64,000 nucleotides of DNA from a virus. Position 1 is the first letter of the stretch. Every line of letters starts with the position of its first letter. The DNA lies in IMG/VR virus record IMGVR_UViG_3300029822_000004, positions 10,241 to 74,240 of that record; one strand, given 5' to 3'. Of this stretch, positions 1-9,126 are shown in pieces. A model generated the notes under the pieces. It was not told the DNA's origin, did not search any database, and saw only the letters and a program-made list of their open reading frames with translations. A program made the position numbers and the translations under genes.

Positions 1-6
1 ACTAAG

Positions 7-636
7 ATGAGCTACACGATCAAGTTCAAAAATGGATGTATAGGGAAGTTTGAAGCACTTCACCACGAAGATCTTAGTTATGCCGATCTTCATGGTGCTG
101 ATCTTAGTTATGCCGATCTTCATGGTGCTGATCTTAGTTATGCCGATCTTCAGGATGCCAATCTTCACGGTGCCAATCTTAGTGGTGCCAATCTTCACGG
201 TGCCAATCTTAGTGGTACCAATCTTTATGGTGCCAATCTTCACTGTGCCAATCTTCACGGTGCCAATCTTAGCAGTGCAGATCTTGGCCCTGCCAATCTT
301 AGTGGTGCCAATCTTAGCAGTGCCAATCTCAGTTGTGCAAATCTTCGTGGTGCAAATCTTAACAGTGCCAATCTTAGTGGTACCAATCTTAGTGGTGCTG
401 ATATTGATTTTTCTGTATGGCCTTTGTGGTGTGGGAGCCTCGGCGTTAAAACAGATAAACGCGTCGCCGCCCAGCTGCTCTATCACGCTTTAGATGCGAT
501 GGAGAACTGCACCGATGCTTGTGTTAGGGATATGGTGTTGCGCCATAAGGATTTGCTAGAGTTTGCTAATTCCTTCCATCGTGTGGTGGACGGTGATTGT
601 GCTTCCATTTGTGCCAAGACTAACAAGGAGGATTGA
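7..636 (+). CDS. Pentapeptide repeat protein
   Basis: Long run of A(D/N)LxG pentapeptides (ADLSY, ANLHG, ANLSG) with a unique C-terminal domain. Confidence 0.92.
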   Translation: MSYTIKFKNGCIGKFEALHHEDLSYADLHGADLSYADLHGADLSYADLQDANLHGANLSGANLHGANLSGTNLYGANLHCANLHGANLSSADLGPANLSGANLSSANLSCANLRGANLNSANLSGTNLSGADIDFSVWPLWCGSLGVKTDKRVAAQLLYHALDAMENCTDACVRDMVLRHKDLLEFANSFHRVVDGDCASICAKTNKED

Positions 637-639
637 ACA

Positions 640-1149
640 ATGGATAAGCAAAAGTATTACGTAATCTCATGCGAAGATGCCGCGCACGCAGACGCCGACA
701 ACGACTGGATGTATGTTTCAACCAAGCCAGCATACGGCAACATGGATAAGCAGCCGGTTATCTATGGATGGGCCGGTGCGACAAACGGCATCAGCGTGTG
801 TGGCCTTGGTGAGTTCAATTCTGTGGAATCAGCGCTTGAGTACATCCATGAGAACTTTGATTGTAGGGATGGTGATGAGAATGGCCTATATGACGACTTC
901 AATCAAGACCCCGACATCATCCACACCTTCAAGCTCGGACTGCTACACGTGATGGACAGACAGGAGACGGGTGATTATATGTGGGAGTGGCTAAAGGATA
1001 TCACAGGAAAGGAAAGTGATAGTGACCTTGACAAGATGTGGGACAATGCACAAGAAAATGCAAGGGACAACGGATGTCTTGTTGGTGGCGGAGGTCTTGA
1101 TATGCTTTATGCCAGGCGCGATGCAGTCAAGCACGAAAGAGAGGGATGA
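640..1149 (+). CDS. Hypothetical acidic phage protein
   Basis: 169-aa ORF with AGGAGG RBS, tightly packed in the operon. Confidence 0.7.
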   Translation: MDKQKYYVISCEDAAHADADNDWMYVSTKPAYGNMDKQPVIYGWAGATNGISVCGLGEFNSVESALEYIHENFDCRDGDENGLYDDFNQDPDIIHTFKLGLLHVMDRQETGDYMWEWLKDITGKESDSDLDKMWDNAQENARDNGCLVGGGGLDMLYARRDAVKHEREG

Positions 1150-1433
1150 CCATGTGTAGAAACAGAAATTGTGAAAACTTTAATGCGGAATCGGCTAAAC
1201 ATGATTATTGCGTCAAATGCATAAAGATGGCGAATGAAGTAATGTCAAATGCACGATGCGTCAAGACGGGAAATAGACCTGAGTTCGAACAAGCATTAAG
1301 AATCGCTGAGCACGCCTTGAAGATTTATCAAAATACCTATTCTTCACCTGAACAATTGGAATGGGCTACTATGATTTACCCATCTGGCTGGGCTGACTTG
1401 TTTGAAGGGAATAAAGAAGAGGTGAAGCCATGA
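1146..1433 (+). CDS. Hypothetical protein with N-terminal Cys cluster
   Basis: ATGA overlap with upstream gene; CxxxxC...CxxC. Confidence 0.6.
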   Translation: MTMCRNRNCENFNAESAKHDYCVKCIKMANEVMSNARCVKTGNRPEFEQALRIAEHALKIYQNTYSSPEQLEWATMIYPSGWADLFEGNKEEVKP

Positions 1434-1535
1434 GCAGCAATAATTTCCAGATGGGTGGTATGCTGAGGATTTGAAGCCGGTATTTGAGCGTGTTACTGGC
1501 TTGTACTTGAGTCTATAATACAAGGAGAAACGACA

Positions 1536-1790
1536 ATGAAGCAAACAAAAGTGACCATCCGGAGAGGTGAGTGCTACGGTGCTGGATATGTCTATAATGT
1601 CTATGGGCAGGATGGCATAGACAATGGCGAGCTGGTGGCAATCTATACCTCAGGCCCAAACGGATTCAAATTGCATGGCTCAGGAGGAGTTCGTGGATGG
1701 TACAAATGCCACCGGTTATTCAAATCATTTGAGGAGCTGGTGAAGGCTCGTGGGTGGATTGTGCTGGAAAATGGTAGCGTTGACATCTAA
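1536..1790 (+). CDS. Hypothetical protein
   Basis: AAGGAG RBS; 84 aa. Confidence 0.65.
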   Translation: MKQTKVTIRRGECYGAGYVYNVYGQDGIDNGELVAIYTSGPNGFKLHGSGGVRGWYKCHRLFKSFEELVKARGWIVLENGSVDI

Positions 1791-1804
1791 AGGAGTACCG
1801 AGCA

Positions 1805-2197
1805 ATGGACATGGAAAAACGTAAGCAGATCATGAACTTTATCATCGAGAACGGAATTGATGAATACGGCTGGTTGATTCGTGTATGGAACGAGTGTGTA
1901 CTTAGCGCTGAATTGGGGAACGAGCTGCTAATCTTCAATAATACACCGGATGCTTTTCTGGCTGCTAGGGCACACGGTAAAGGGCCAATAGCGGGTAATC
2001 GGATGGTTAAGTACGCAGCGAAGGATGATTATGTCTGCTTTGCTGGCAAGCAGGCAAGGTCGTTTAGCGATTTGCGAGAAACCGACTGCCCACTTGATTT
2101 GTGTTTGATGGTGGAGTGCCTGTGTGATATGGATGATGATGAACGCCGGAGCCTTGGTATCTATCTTGTGGACGAGGTAAGTCCTGATGAAGAGTGA
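1805..2197 (+). CDS. Hypothetical protein
   Basis: AAGGAG RBS; 130 aa. Confidence 0.65.
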   Translation: MDMEKRKQIMNFIIENGIDEYGWLIRVWNECVLSAELGNELLIFNNTPDAFLAARAHGKGPIAGNRMVKYAAKDDYVCFAGKQARSFSDLRETDCPLDLCLMVECLCDMDDDERRSLGIYLVDEVSPDEE

Positions 2198-2369
2198 TGT
2201 ATAGTATAGCGGCATGGCACTTTACCCTTGCTTTAAGAACGTGAATAAAGGGCCATTTTAGGGCACTACGGCACTTCACCCTATAGGAACCGCCCTTACA
2301 GCACAACGCCTTAAAAATGGCCTATTATGCAAAGGGAATAGGCCATTTACACAACCAATAACGGGAACA

Positions 2370-2870
2370 ATGACCATGACAAAGAAAACAAGGCACGACG
2401 TATTGAAGGAGTTTGTTGAATCACCAATCTTTAAGCGGCGCAATGATGATTCTGACTGGATGCTGAGGACTGACCCGTTGAAGGGCGTGGATACTCGCGT
2501 GACTATGGCCATGCTATCAAGAGGCAGCACACCAGAAAGTATCAAGATTCATATGTTGGTAGATATCTGTGGGGCCGTAAATGCAATGAAAACGGTGGTT
2601 ATCGACACTACGGATGACATTACATCGATATACGTTCTAGACAGCCGTTACCAATCCTTTGACCGTGAGCTGATTGATGTCGTCCGCAAGTGGCTCAATC
2701 AGGCACCAGAGGACGACATGATACATGATGAGAGCTTCTTGTCATCGATAGATGGCGACTCTGGTTACAAATATCTATGGTTGGTTGCGTGGGCAGGTGC
2801 ATCGGTATGCGTGGGCTTCTGTGTCTTTTGTACATGGTTGAAAGTAAGTGAGTTTTTTGCGGGGTTGTGA
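2370..2870 (+). CDS. Hypothetical protein with C-terminal transmembrane segment
   Basis: 166 aa; hydrophobic YLWLVAWAGASVCVGFCVFCTWL. Confidence 0.6.
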   Translation: MTMTKKTRHDVLKEFVESPIFKRRNDDSDWMLRTDPLKGVDTRVTMAMLSRGSTPESIKIHMLVDICGAVNAMKTVVIDTTDDITSIYVLDSRYQSFDRELIDVVRKWLNQAPEDDMIHDESFLSSIDGDSGYKYLWLVAWAGASVCVGFCVFCTWLKVSEFFAGL

Positions 2871-3190
2871 TGGATTACTTGACCATAGGTGAATTGCAAC
2901 GGTCGTTTGACACAAAGCCAATCGACGAGCAGATAAAGATTGCCGGTGAGCTTGGTGAGTGGTGTGTGCGGGCTATAGAAACCAACGGCCTACATCGACA
3001 TACGTACTGCATTCACCCTATGGAACTGCACATCACCAAGGCCATCGTCTACGGCATACCACTTGAAACATTCATCGCTCAATATGTTGGAGTGAACGCA
3101 AAGACCAACCCTAAAACAATCAGAAGGCATTGGCGACGCATTAAGGCCATTATTGACACGGTGGATAATGAACGAAAGGATTACCAGTGA
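2867..3190 (+). CDS. Hypothetical protein
   Basis: GTGA overlaps at both ends. Confidence 0.6.
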   Translation: MMDYLTIGELQRSFDTKPIDEQIKIAGELGEWCVRAIETNGLHRHTYCIHPMELHITKAIVYGIPLETFIAQYVGVNAKTNPKTIRRHWRRIKAIIDTVDNERKDYQ

Positions 3191-3840
3191 GAGGCCGTAG
3201 CAAACTTCTGGATATGATGCCACTTGTAAGCATGAGCGATGAAGAGCTAAGGGAACAGGTATCAAAAGCAAAGGCCGGAGATGATGAGGCCGTTGCCATT
3301 GTCCTATCTGCTGTCATGCGCCGTGTCTACTGGCTTGCACAACGATATGAGCGGGTAGACTTGCTTGACGACATGATACAAGAAGGTGCTATGGCTGTGA
3401 TGGAGGCTATTGACAAGTTTGATCCTGAGAGGGCAAGGGATTCTTCGTTTATATCTTACATGACGCTTTGGGTAAAATCTCGTATACGCGGCCATTTGAA
3501 GAAGGACGTGCAGATAAGGACACACGATAAGAGCGTTGAGTATGTAAGCATGGACGCGCCTATTGCTGATGATGAACGGGTGTGGCATGACGTACTGGCA
3601 GTGGATTCACAGTCACCGTACACGCAATGCCAACTGAGTCATGATGCAATAGTGATACGCGGTCTTGTGCATGAGCTTGACGACAAGGAACGCGATGCAA
3701 TTATTATGACATTTGGCTTGGGTAGAGAGCCTATGCCGAGAGATGAGTATGCCCGTCGGTGTGGTGTTACAGGCCAGACAATCTACAATCGAGTACAGAG
3801 CGGCATAGGCAAAATGAGAAAGATGGCAGGATTGAAATGA
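3187..3840 (+). CDS. Sigma-70 family RNA polymerase sigma factor (regions 2 and 4)
   Basis: DDMIQEGAMAVMEAIDKFDPER..SFISYMTLWVKSRI (region 2); C-terminal HTH ARRCGVTGQTIYNRVQSGIGKMR. Confidence 0.88.
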   Translation: MRGRSKLLDMMPLVSMSDEELREQVSKAKAGDDEAVAIVLSAVMRRVYWLAQRYERVDLLDDMIQEGAMAVMEAIDKFDPERARDSSFISYMTLWVKSRIRGHLKKDVQIRTHDKSVEYVSMDAPIADDERVWHDVLAVDSQSPYTQCQLSHDAIVIRGLVHELDDKERDAIIMTFGLGREPMPRDEYARRCGVTGQTIYNRVQSGIGKMRKMAGLK

Positions 3841-4064
3841 AAATGAAAGTAACAGTGGTATTTGATGAGGAGATAGCGGTAGAACGGGCCGTGGATTTTG
3901 TTGCGAGGATATTAAGGAACAGGATTGAGTACATTAAACACAATCGCGACCACACTATTGAGTATGATAACGGGATGCTTAAGGCCGACCTGTATCCATC
4001 GGCAAAAGTAAATAAAGATGATCTGTGGTTTAGTGTCACGCAAGCAACGAACGAAGGGGATTGA
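3837..4064 (+). CDS. Hypothetical protein
   Basis: ATGA overlap with sigma gene 1 and TTGA overlap with sigma gene 2. Confidence 0.55.
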   Translation: MKMKVTVVFDEEIAVERAVDFVARILRNRIEYIKHNRDHTIEYDNGMLKADLYPSAKVNKDDLWFSVTQATNEGD

Positions 4065-4747
4065 CACCAGTGAGCGAATCAAGCAAGTACATCATTGGCC
4101 ATCTTGGTACTGTAGACCTTGACGATGCCACACTACGCAAGGAAGTAATCAAAGCGCAGACCGGTGACGATTGCGCCATGAATACAGTAATATCGGCAGT
4201 CATCAAGCGCATACATTGGATAGCCTCTCGTTGTGGTCGTCCAGAGATGATGGATGACCTGGTGCAAGAGGGTGCGTTGGCCATAATGACAGCCGTTGAA
4301 CGTTTCGATGCCGAGAAGGCCGGGAACTCGTCCTTTGTGTCCTATGCGTCATTGTGGGCTAAATCACGCATGAGGAATGCCCTAGCGCTGGCAGAGCCGG
4401 TAAGGTCACAGGATAAGGGTACGGCATTTCTGAGCTTTGATGCCATGCTATATGAAGATTCAGACAAAGCCCTACATGAGACTATTCCATCGACATACCC
4501 AACCCCGTATGCAGCCTATCGACAAGAGGAGGATGTAAAAACCATGTACGAACTATTGGACAAACTGAGCCTAGAAGAAAAAGATGCGATCATGCGCGTG
4601 CTCGGTCTAGGCGATGGTGGCAAGGAGCGGAATATGGATGTGGCTGCGAGTTGTGGTGTTAGTAAGAACGCTATCACCAATCGTGTCAAGCGCGGCATCA
4701 AACGTATGCGGGCGATGGTGCAAACGAAGGAAGTGGGACAACTATGA
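4061..4747 (+). CDS. Second sigma-70 family sigma factor, paralog of 3187..3840
   Basis: DDLVQEGALAIMTAVERFDAEK..SFVSYASLWAKSRM; HTH VAASCGVSKNAITNRVKRGIKRMR. Confidence 0.88.
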   Translation: MTPVSESSKYIIGHLGTVDLDDATLRKEVIKAQTGDDCAMNTVISAVIKRIHWIASRCGRPEMMDDLVQEGALAIMTAVERFDAEKAGNSSFVSYASLWAKSRMRNALALAEPVRSQDKGTAFLSFDAMLYEDSDKALHETIPSTYPTPYAAYRQEEDVKTMYELLDKLSLEEKDAIMRVLGLGDGGKERNMDVAASCGVSKNAITNRVKRGIKRMRAMVQTKEVGQL

Positions 4748-5040
4748 AGAACGAAACAAATAAATCAGAATCTCGTACCTACACAACTGATGAGATGGTT
4801 GCACTTGTCAATAGATTGCTGGCGTACTTGGATGACAGAGATTGGAGACGCGTGGAGGATATATTTCCAGATGAATACGAAAGAGATATAGCTAGAAAGC
4901 TGACTGCTGGCTATGGTGAACTGACGCATTGTGCCATGTGCGGGCATTGGAAGTGGAATAAGGATATGTCTGGCCAGTGCTCGTTGCAGCTAAAAGGCAG
5001 GTGCGACAAGTTTTATAGAAAAGATCAGCAATGGAGATGA
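4744..5040 (+). CDS. Hypothetical protein, possible Zn-binding C-terminus
   Basis: ATGA overlap; CAMCGHW...C...C. Confidence 0.6.
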   Translation: MKNETNKSESRTYTTDEMVALVNRLLAYLDDRDWRRVEDIFPDEYERDIARKLTAGYGELTHCAMCGHWKWNKDMSGQCSLQLKGRCDKFYRKDQQWR

Positions 5041-5043
5041 ATA

Positions 5044-5100
5044 ATGAAATACATGGGCAGTAAAAAGGCGATCGAAAAACTGTTCAGATGTAAAATGTAA
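5044..5100 (+). pseudogene. Internally deleted remnant of a Dam/D12-class adenine methyltransferase
   Basis: Mini-ORF MKYMGSKKAIEKLFRCKM*: a typical N-terminus (MKYMGSK) joined directly to a typical C-terminal EKLF. Confidence 0.5.
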
Positions 5101-5109
5101 GGAGTAGCA

Positions 5110-5277
5110 ATGAACCCCACATGGAGAAATATATTACCGATTGCATATGCCGCAGTTCTGGTCGCTGTTAGGCTGGTTGCGCACAAATATGACATTCAAG
5201 ACCCATATATCAGCGCACTATGTACCATCTTGTTGATTGCGTGTGTGTTCTGTTGGTTCGATTCCTTTTTTAGTTGA
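5110..5277 (+). CDS. Small membrane protein (55 aa)
   Basis: AAGGAG RBS; two hydrophobic segments; hand-translated, below the ORF-track cutoff. Confidence 0.55.
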   Translation: MNPTWRNILPIAYAAVLVAVRLVAHKYDIQDPYISALCTILLIACVFCWFDSFFS

Positions 5278-5881
5278 TCCTCTTTATCTGCGGTGTCACA
5301 TCTTTCAACTCTCGTGGTCGTTCAGAGAAGTTGAACACCACCGACACGGCCTTTGATTCGCTCTTTTCCTTTTCCGTCTGAGCGAGTTTAGCCAGGCCAT
5401 CAATAGCCTTGAGTCGTGCCTGCGGGGCCATCTCGCCGTCGTCAGCAATTTCCTCATACATCGACGCCAAGGATAGCTTGTTTGGCTGCGTCACTTCCCA
5501 TTCAGTATTGATCAGATATTTGAGGCGTTCTCTGAATCGTGGCTTGCGCATCAATACACGCATGGAGTTTTTGTCTTGGAAGTGCTTTCCGGTGATGGTG
5601 AATCCGGCTTCCTTGTACAGCAGAAACAGATCATCGGATTTAGTTATACGGCGGTCGATTATGTTCAGTAAAAAGGTTTCTATCTTTTCGTCGTCTATGG
5701 GATCTTCTGGATTGCCTTCCACATCGGCTGCTGGAAATGGACTCGTTGGCTCTGTATCGGCGTGTATGGCAGCGAGCTTCTGTCCTCTGGTGAGCGCTAC
5801 ATCGGCAGGTGGATTAGTTGGGTCGATTTCCACTATTTGCATAGACGCATCAAGTAAGTTTTTTGGCATAGTAAACGACAT
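5270..5881 (-). CDS. Putative terminase small subunit
   Basis: C-terminal YEEIA..QARLKAIDGLAKL..VVFNF resembles TerS; lone minus-strand gene in the early region; start trimmed to MSFTMPK. Confidence 0.5.
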   Translation of the reverse strand: MSFTMPKNLLDASMQIVEIDPTNPPADVALTRGQKLAAIHADTEPTSPFPAADVEGNPEDPIDDEKIETFLLNIIDRRITKSDDLFLLYKEAGFTITGKHFQDKNSMRVLMRKPRFRERLKYLINTEWEVTQPNKLSLASMYEEIADDGEMAPQARLKAIDGLAKLAQTEKEKSESKAVSVVFNFSERPRELKDVTPQIKRIN

Positions 5882-5897
5882 TTTTAGTTTCTCCGGC

Positions 5898-5925
5898 TTG
5901 TATTTATAGCATTTAGTGCTATAGT
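5898..5925 (+). promoter_or_regulatory. Conserved phage promoter TTGTAT-N16-TATAGT
   Basis: GTGCTATAGTA motif repeated at 12189, 17464 and 25405 with the same 16-nt spacer. Confidence 0.7.
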
Positions 5926-6134
5926 ATATTATAGCGTAAAGAGAACGAAAGTCAAGCTCAAACAGGTGTGAGGTGCAATCGCCATCGGCGGGTTTTATCC
6001 ATTTTCCCCGCCAACCACTCCCATCACCCATCCAGTCTTCTCCTGCTGTGGGTGTGCAGGCCCTTGTTCCGTGTCCTGCCGTAATTGCATCGACGGAACG
6101 CTTTTTACACCACCACGAAAGCCCATAAATATTC

Positions 6135-7643
6135 ATGTATATCCACAACAACCATATTTATTTCGAGCACAAAGGCCAGACGCTAAAGTTGCCTTATAGC
6201 GAAAAAGCGTTGGATACCCTAAGTGCTCGCGGCATAGATATAACTCCGATAACGACAGTCAATGGCCGACTGAAACGGGAGTTATATCCATTCCAATTTA
6301 CGGCAATCCTCAAGTGTCGGGAACATGGCTGGAACTTGTTGCTTGCGGATCAGATGGGCGTTGGTAAGACCCTGACCGCCATCGCTTGTTCCGTGGCCTA
6401 TGGTGCCGAGAAAACGCTGTACGTGGTGCCTGCAAACGTGAAGTACCAATGGCAGGACGAGATACTTAAAAGCGTGTCTGGTGCGCCTATTGTCCATGTA
6501 TGCGAGGGCCAGACATTCACGGATGGGGACTTGCATTGGATAAGCCTTGCCAACCACATCATCATTAACTATCAAATTGTCAACTACTGGATAGAGGCAC
6601 TAACTACTGTCCATTACGACTTTATGATTCTGGATGAGGCGCACAAGATAAAACACCGCCAATCACAATGCGCCAAAGCCTGTCACACCATAAAAAGAAA
6701 TGCCGACCACGCCATCTGTCTGTCCGGTACGCCATTGACAGACCGCACAGCCGATATCTGGAATGTAGTGAAGTTCGTAGACCCTACCATATTCCCATCA
6801 GAGTTCGCCTTCCAGCAGAGATATTGCACGGGCCTCAGTAGTACATCGGCAACCGTGTCCGTGAACACCCTTGACCTGCATCGGCAACTGACCAATTCCG
6901 GTGTGATGCTCCGCCGCACAAAGAAGGACGTGTACAAACAGTTGCCAAAAGTAGTGACCGAGATTGTGCCATTGAGAGTATCATCATCGGCCCTCGCTGA
7001 AGCTGAACGCAAATCGGTAGGCATGATGAGGAACATGGTGCGGTCTATTGGTGCAGGTAGAAATACCATGCAGTTCAAGTTTCAGGCATCCATGGAAGAG
7101 TATATGCAGGAGGCCGTCAAAGCTAAGATGCCCCTTATGCTCAAGTGGATAGAGGACTTTCTTGAGGACAGCGATGAAAAGCTGGTGGTAGCTGTAGTGC
7201 ATCGTGAAAAGGCCGGCCATGTCATCTACCGGCACTTCAAGCATTGTTCTGTGCTCATTGATGGCGCTGTGACGGGCAAGAACAAGGTGAAGATGAAAGA
7301 GCAATTCCTGAAAGACCCGAACACCCGGCTGCTTATTGGCAATGTACAGAGCATTGGTACTGGCATTGACGGCCTGCAATCGGGTTGTAGCTCAATGGCC
7401 GTATGCGAATTGCCGTGGTCGCCGGCAGACTACCAGCAGCTTCTTGCCCGCCTAGATAGGAATGGCCAGAAGGAGACTGTCAATATCTTTGTGCTGTCCG
7501 TATATGGCTCAGTAGATGGCTATCTTGCCGGAGTGCTGGATCGCAAAGCCCGTGTTTTGCGTGAGGTCTTAGATGGCCGCCAGCCCGATGACGTAGAACT
7601 CATAACAGAACTAATGAAAGTGTACGATGCCCAAAACACCTAA
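6135..7643 (+). CDS. SNF2/SWI2-family helicase
   Basis: LLADQMGVGKT, ILDEAH, LSGTP, LRRTKKDV, QLLARLDRNGQ motifs. Confidence 0.93.
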   Translation: MYIHNNHIYFEHKGQTLKLPYSEKALDTLSARGIDITPITTVNGRLKRELYPFQFTAILKCREHGWNLLLADQMGVGKTLTAIACSVAYGAEKTLYVVPANVKYQWQDEILKSVSGAPIVHVCEGQTFTDGDLHWISLANHIIINYQIVNYWIEALTTVHYDFMILDEAHKIKHRQSQCAKACHTIKRNADHAICLSGTPLTDRTADIWNVVKFVDPTIFPSEFAFQQRYCTGLSSTSATVSVNTLDLHRQLTNSGVMLRRTKKDVYKQLPKVVTEIVPLRVSSSALAEAERKSVGMMRNMVRSIGAGRNTMQFKFQASMEEYMQEAVKAKMPLMLKWIEDFLEDSDEKLVVAVVHREKAGHVIYRHFKHCSVLIDGAVTGKNKVKMKEQFLKDPNTRLLIGNVQSIGTGIDGLQSGCSSMAVCELPWSPADYQQLLARLDRNGQKETVNIFVLSVYGSVDGYLAGVLDRKARVLREVLDGRQPDDVELITELMKVYDAQNT

Positions 7644-7938
7644 AGAAAAGAAGATAACGTACATCAAAAAGGGAACCAAGGTACGAGTCACAAACTGTAT
7701 CGGCAAAGAGCGCGTTGGCATTATGGAAGGCTGTAATGACGTATTGGGCCATATCATTTTAGGCGATGGCTTCAGATTGGCTTTTGGTTGTGATGCGAAG
7801 ATCGTCCCAGCGTCAAAGAATACGCCATTGTCTTTGTGTGATTATGTCATTGAGCGCGATAGATTCTGGGATGTAGTGAGTGGCGAACCGAGCAAGCGAT
7901 ACAAGGATGTCTATTATGGAGAGCATTGGTATAATTGA
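7627..7938 (+). CDS. Hypothetical protein
   Basis: 103 aa; fills the gap between helicase and primase. Confidence 0.55.
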   Translation: MPKTPKEKKITYIKKGTKVRVTNCIGKERVGIMEGCNDVLGHIILGDGFRLAFGCDAKIVPASKNTPLSLCDYVIERDRFWDVVSGEPSKRYKDVYYGEHWYN

Positions 7939-8833
7939 ATTGCTTGAGGAAAATGGAGTGCCGATGGCCAGCCGAAAGCACGAGCATTATCGCTATGGAT
8001 GGATACAGGTGTGCTGTCCCTTTTGCGGTGATGGCAATTTTCATCTTGGGTACAATGTCAGCAAGGGCTACTTCAACTGCTATCGATGCGGAAGTCACGG
8101 ATTGATTGAGACGTTGGCGCTGATTTGTGACGTGCGATACAACGAGGCAAGGCAATTATCGCAAAAGTACAAACTGAAGAATACGAACAACACCGAGTAT
8201 ACCACAGATACTATAGCCAAGAATCCATTCAAGATTCCAAGCTCAGGCGATATCTTGAAAGAACGCGTGCCTTATTGTTACCTACGGGAGCGCTTCAAGG
8301 CGTTGACAGAAGCGGCCTTTAAGAGCATGGTAAAGGCCAAGGGCATAACCTACACGGGCCTCGACTACAACGTGCGAGAATGGGCCGCTAGAATCGTTTT
8401 TCCGGCCTATTACGAGGGCCGAGCGGTGTCTTTTCAGGGCCGGTCATTTGCTCCACTGAGTAAAGCCAAGTATCGGACGGCAGAACCAGAAAATGAACTG
8501 ATGCATCACAAGACGTTCCTATGGGGCATTGATGACGTACCATACAACACCGCCATTGTCTGTGAAGGCGTTATGGATGCGTTGAGTATAGGTGATGGCG
8601 CTGTACATACTCACGGGATTGAATGGACGAAGGAACAAGCCAGGATGTTGACCCTATTTGATAAGGTATATATCTGCTATGACAATGAGGACATAGCATA
8701 CAAGAAGGCGGCCAAGTTGAAGGCTGAGATAGGTCATAGGACAAATGTTCACATCGTTAAATTATCCGCGCACGATGTGAATTCCTGTAGCCAAGATGAA
8801 CTAGCGGAACTGAAGGGATTGTTAGATGCGTAG
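7907..8833 (+). CDS. DNA primase (Zn finger plus TOPRIM)
   Basis: CPFCGD...FNCYRCG zinc ribbon; IVCEGVMDAL and ICYDNED TOPRIM motifs. Confidence 0.9.
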   Translation: MSIMESIGIIELLEENGVPMASRKHEHYRYGWIQVCCPFCGDGNFHLGYNVSKGYFNCYRCGSHGLIETLALICDVRYNEARQLSQKYKLKNTNNTEYTTDTIAKNPFKIPSSGDILKERVPYCYLRERFKALTEAAFKSMVKAKGITYTGLDYNVREWAARIVFPAYYEGRAVSFQGRSFAPLSKAKYRTAEPENELMHHKTFLWGIDDVPYNTAIVCEGVMDALSIGDGAVHTHGIEWTKEQARMLTLFDKVYICYDNEDIAYKKAAKLKAEIGHRTNVHIVKLSAHDVNSCSQDELAELKGLLDA

Positions 8834-9125
8834 CAATAAGGATTACGAGCAGAGCGAAGCAGGCAAGGCGGCCAAACGACGGTACTATCTCAAACACCGA
8901 GAGGAGCGTATTGCCAAACAGAATGAGTTCAACGCATCCGAGGCAGGAAAGGCCGCACGGAAGCGATACTACGAGAAGAACAAAGAGAAGCTGAAGGAAC
9001 GGATGCGCGAATACAATCAACGACCGGAAGTCAAAGAACGCCGAAGACAGCTACAGAAGGAGTATCGTGAACGCATTAAGGAGTATGCTCGCAAGTATAT
9101 GGATATGATGAAGGAGGACAGCTAA
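8826..9125 (+). CDS. Basic helical repeat protein
   Basis: Repeated SEAGKAA(K/R)(R/K)RYY; highly charged. Confidence 0.6.
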   Translation: MRSNKDYEQSEAGKAAKRRYYLKHREERIAKQNEFNASEAGKAARKRYYEKNKEKLKERMREYNQRPEVKERRRQLQKEYRERIKEYARKYMDMMKEDS

Positions 9126-9126
9126 C

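Noticed and set aside
50-493. Hydrophobic 147-aa ORF of VPIFT/VPILV repeats
   Set aside because: Shadow frame of the 15-bp periodic pentapeptide gene.
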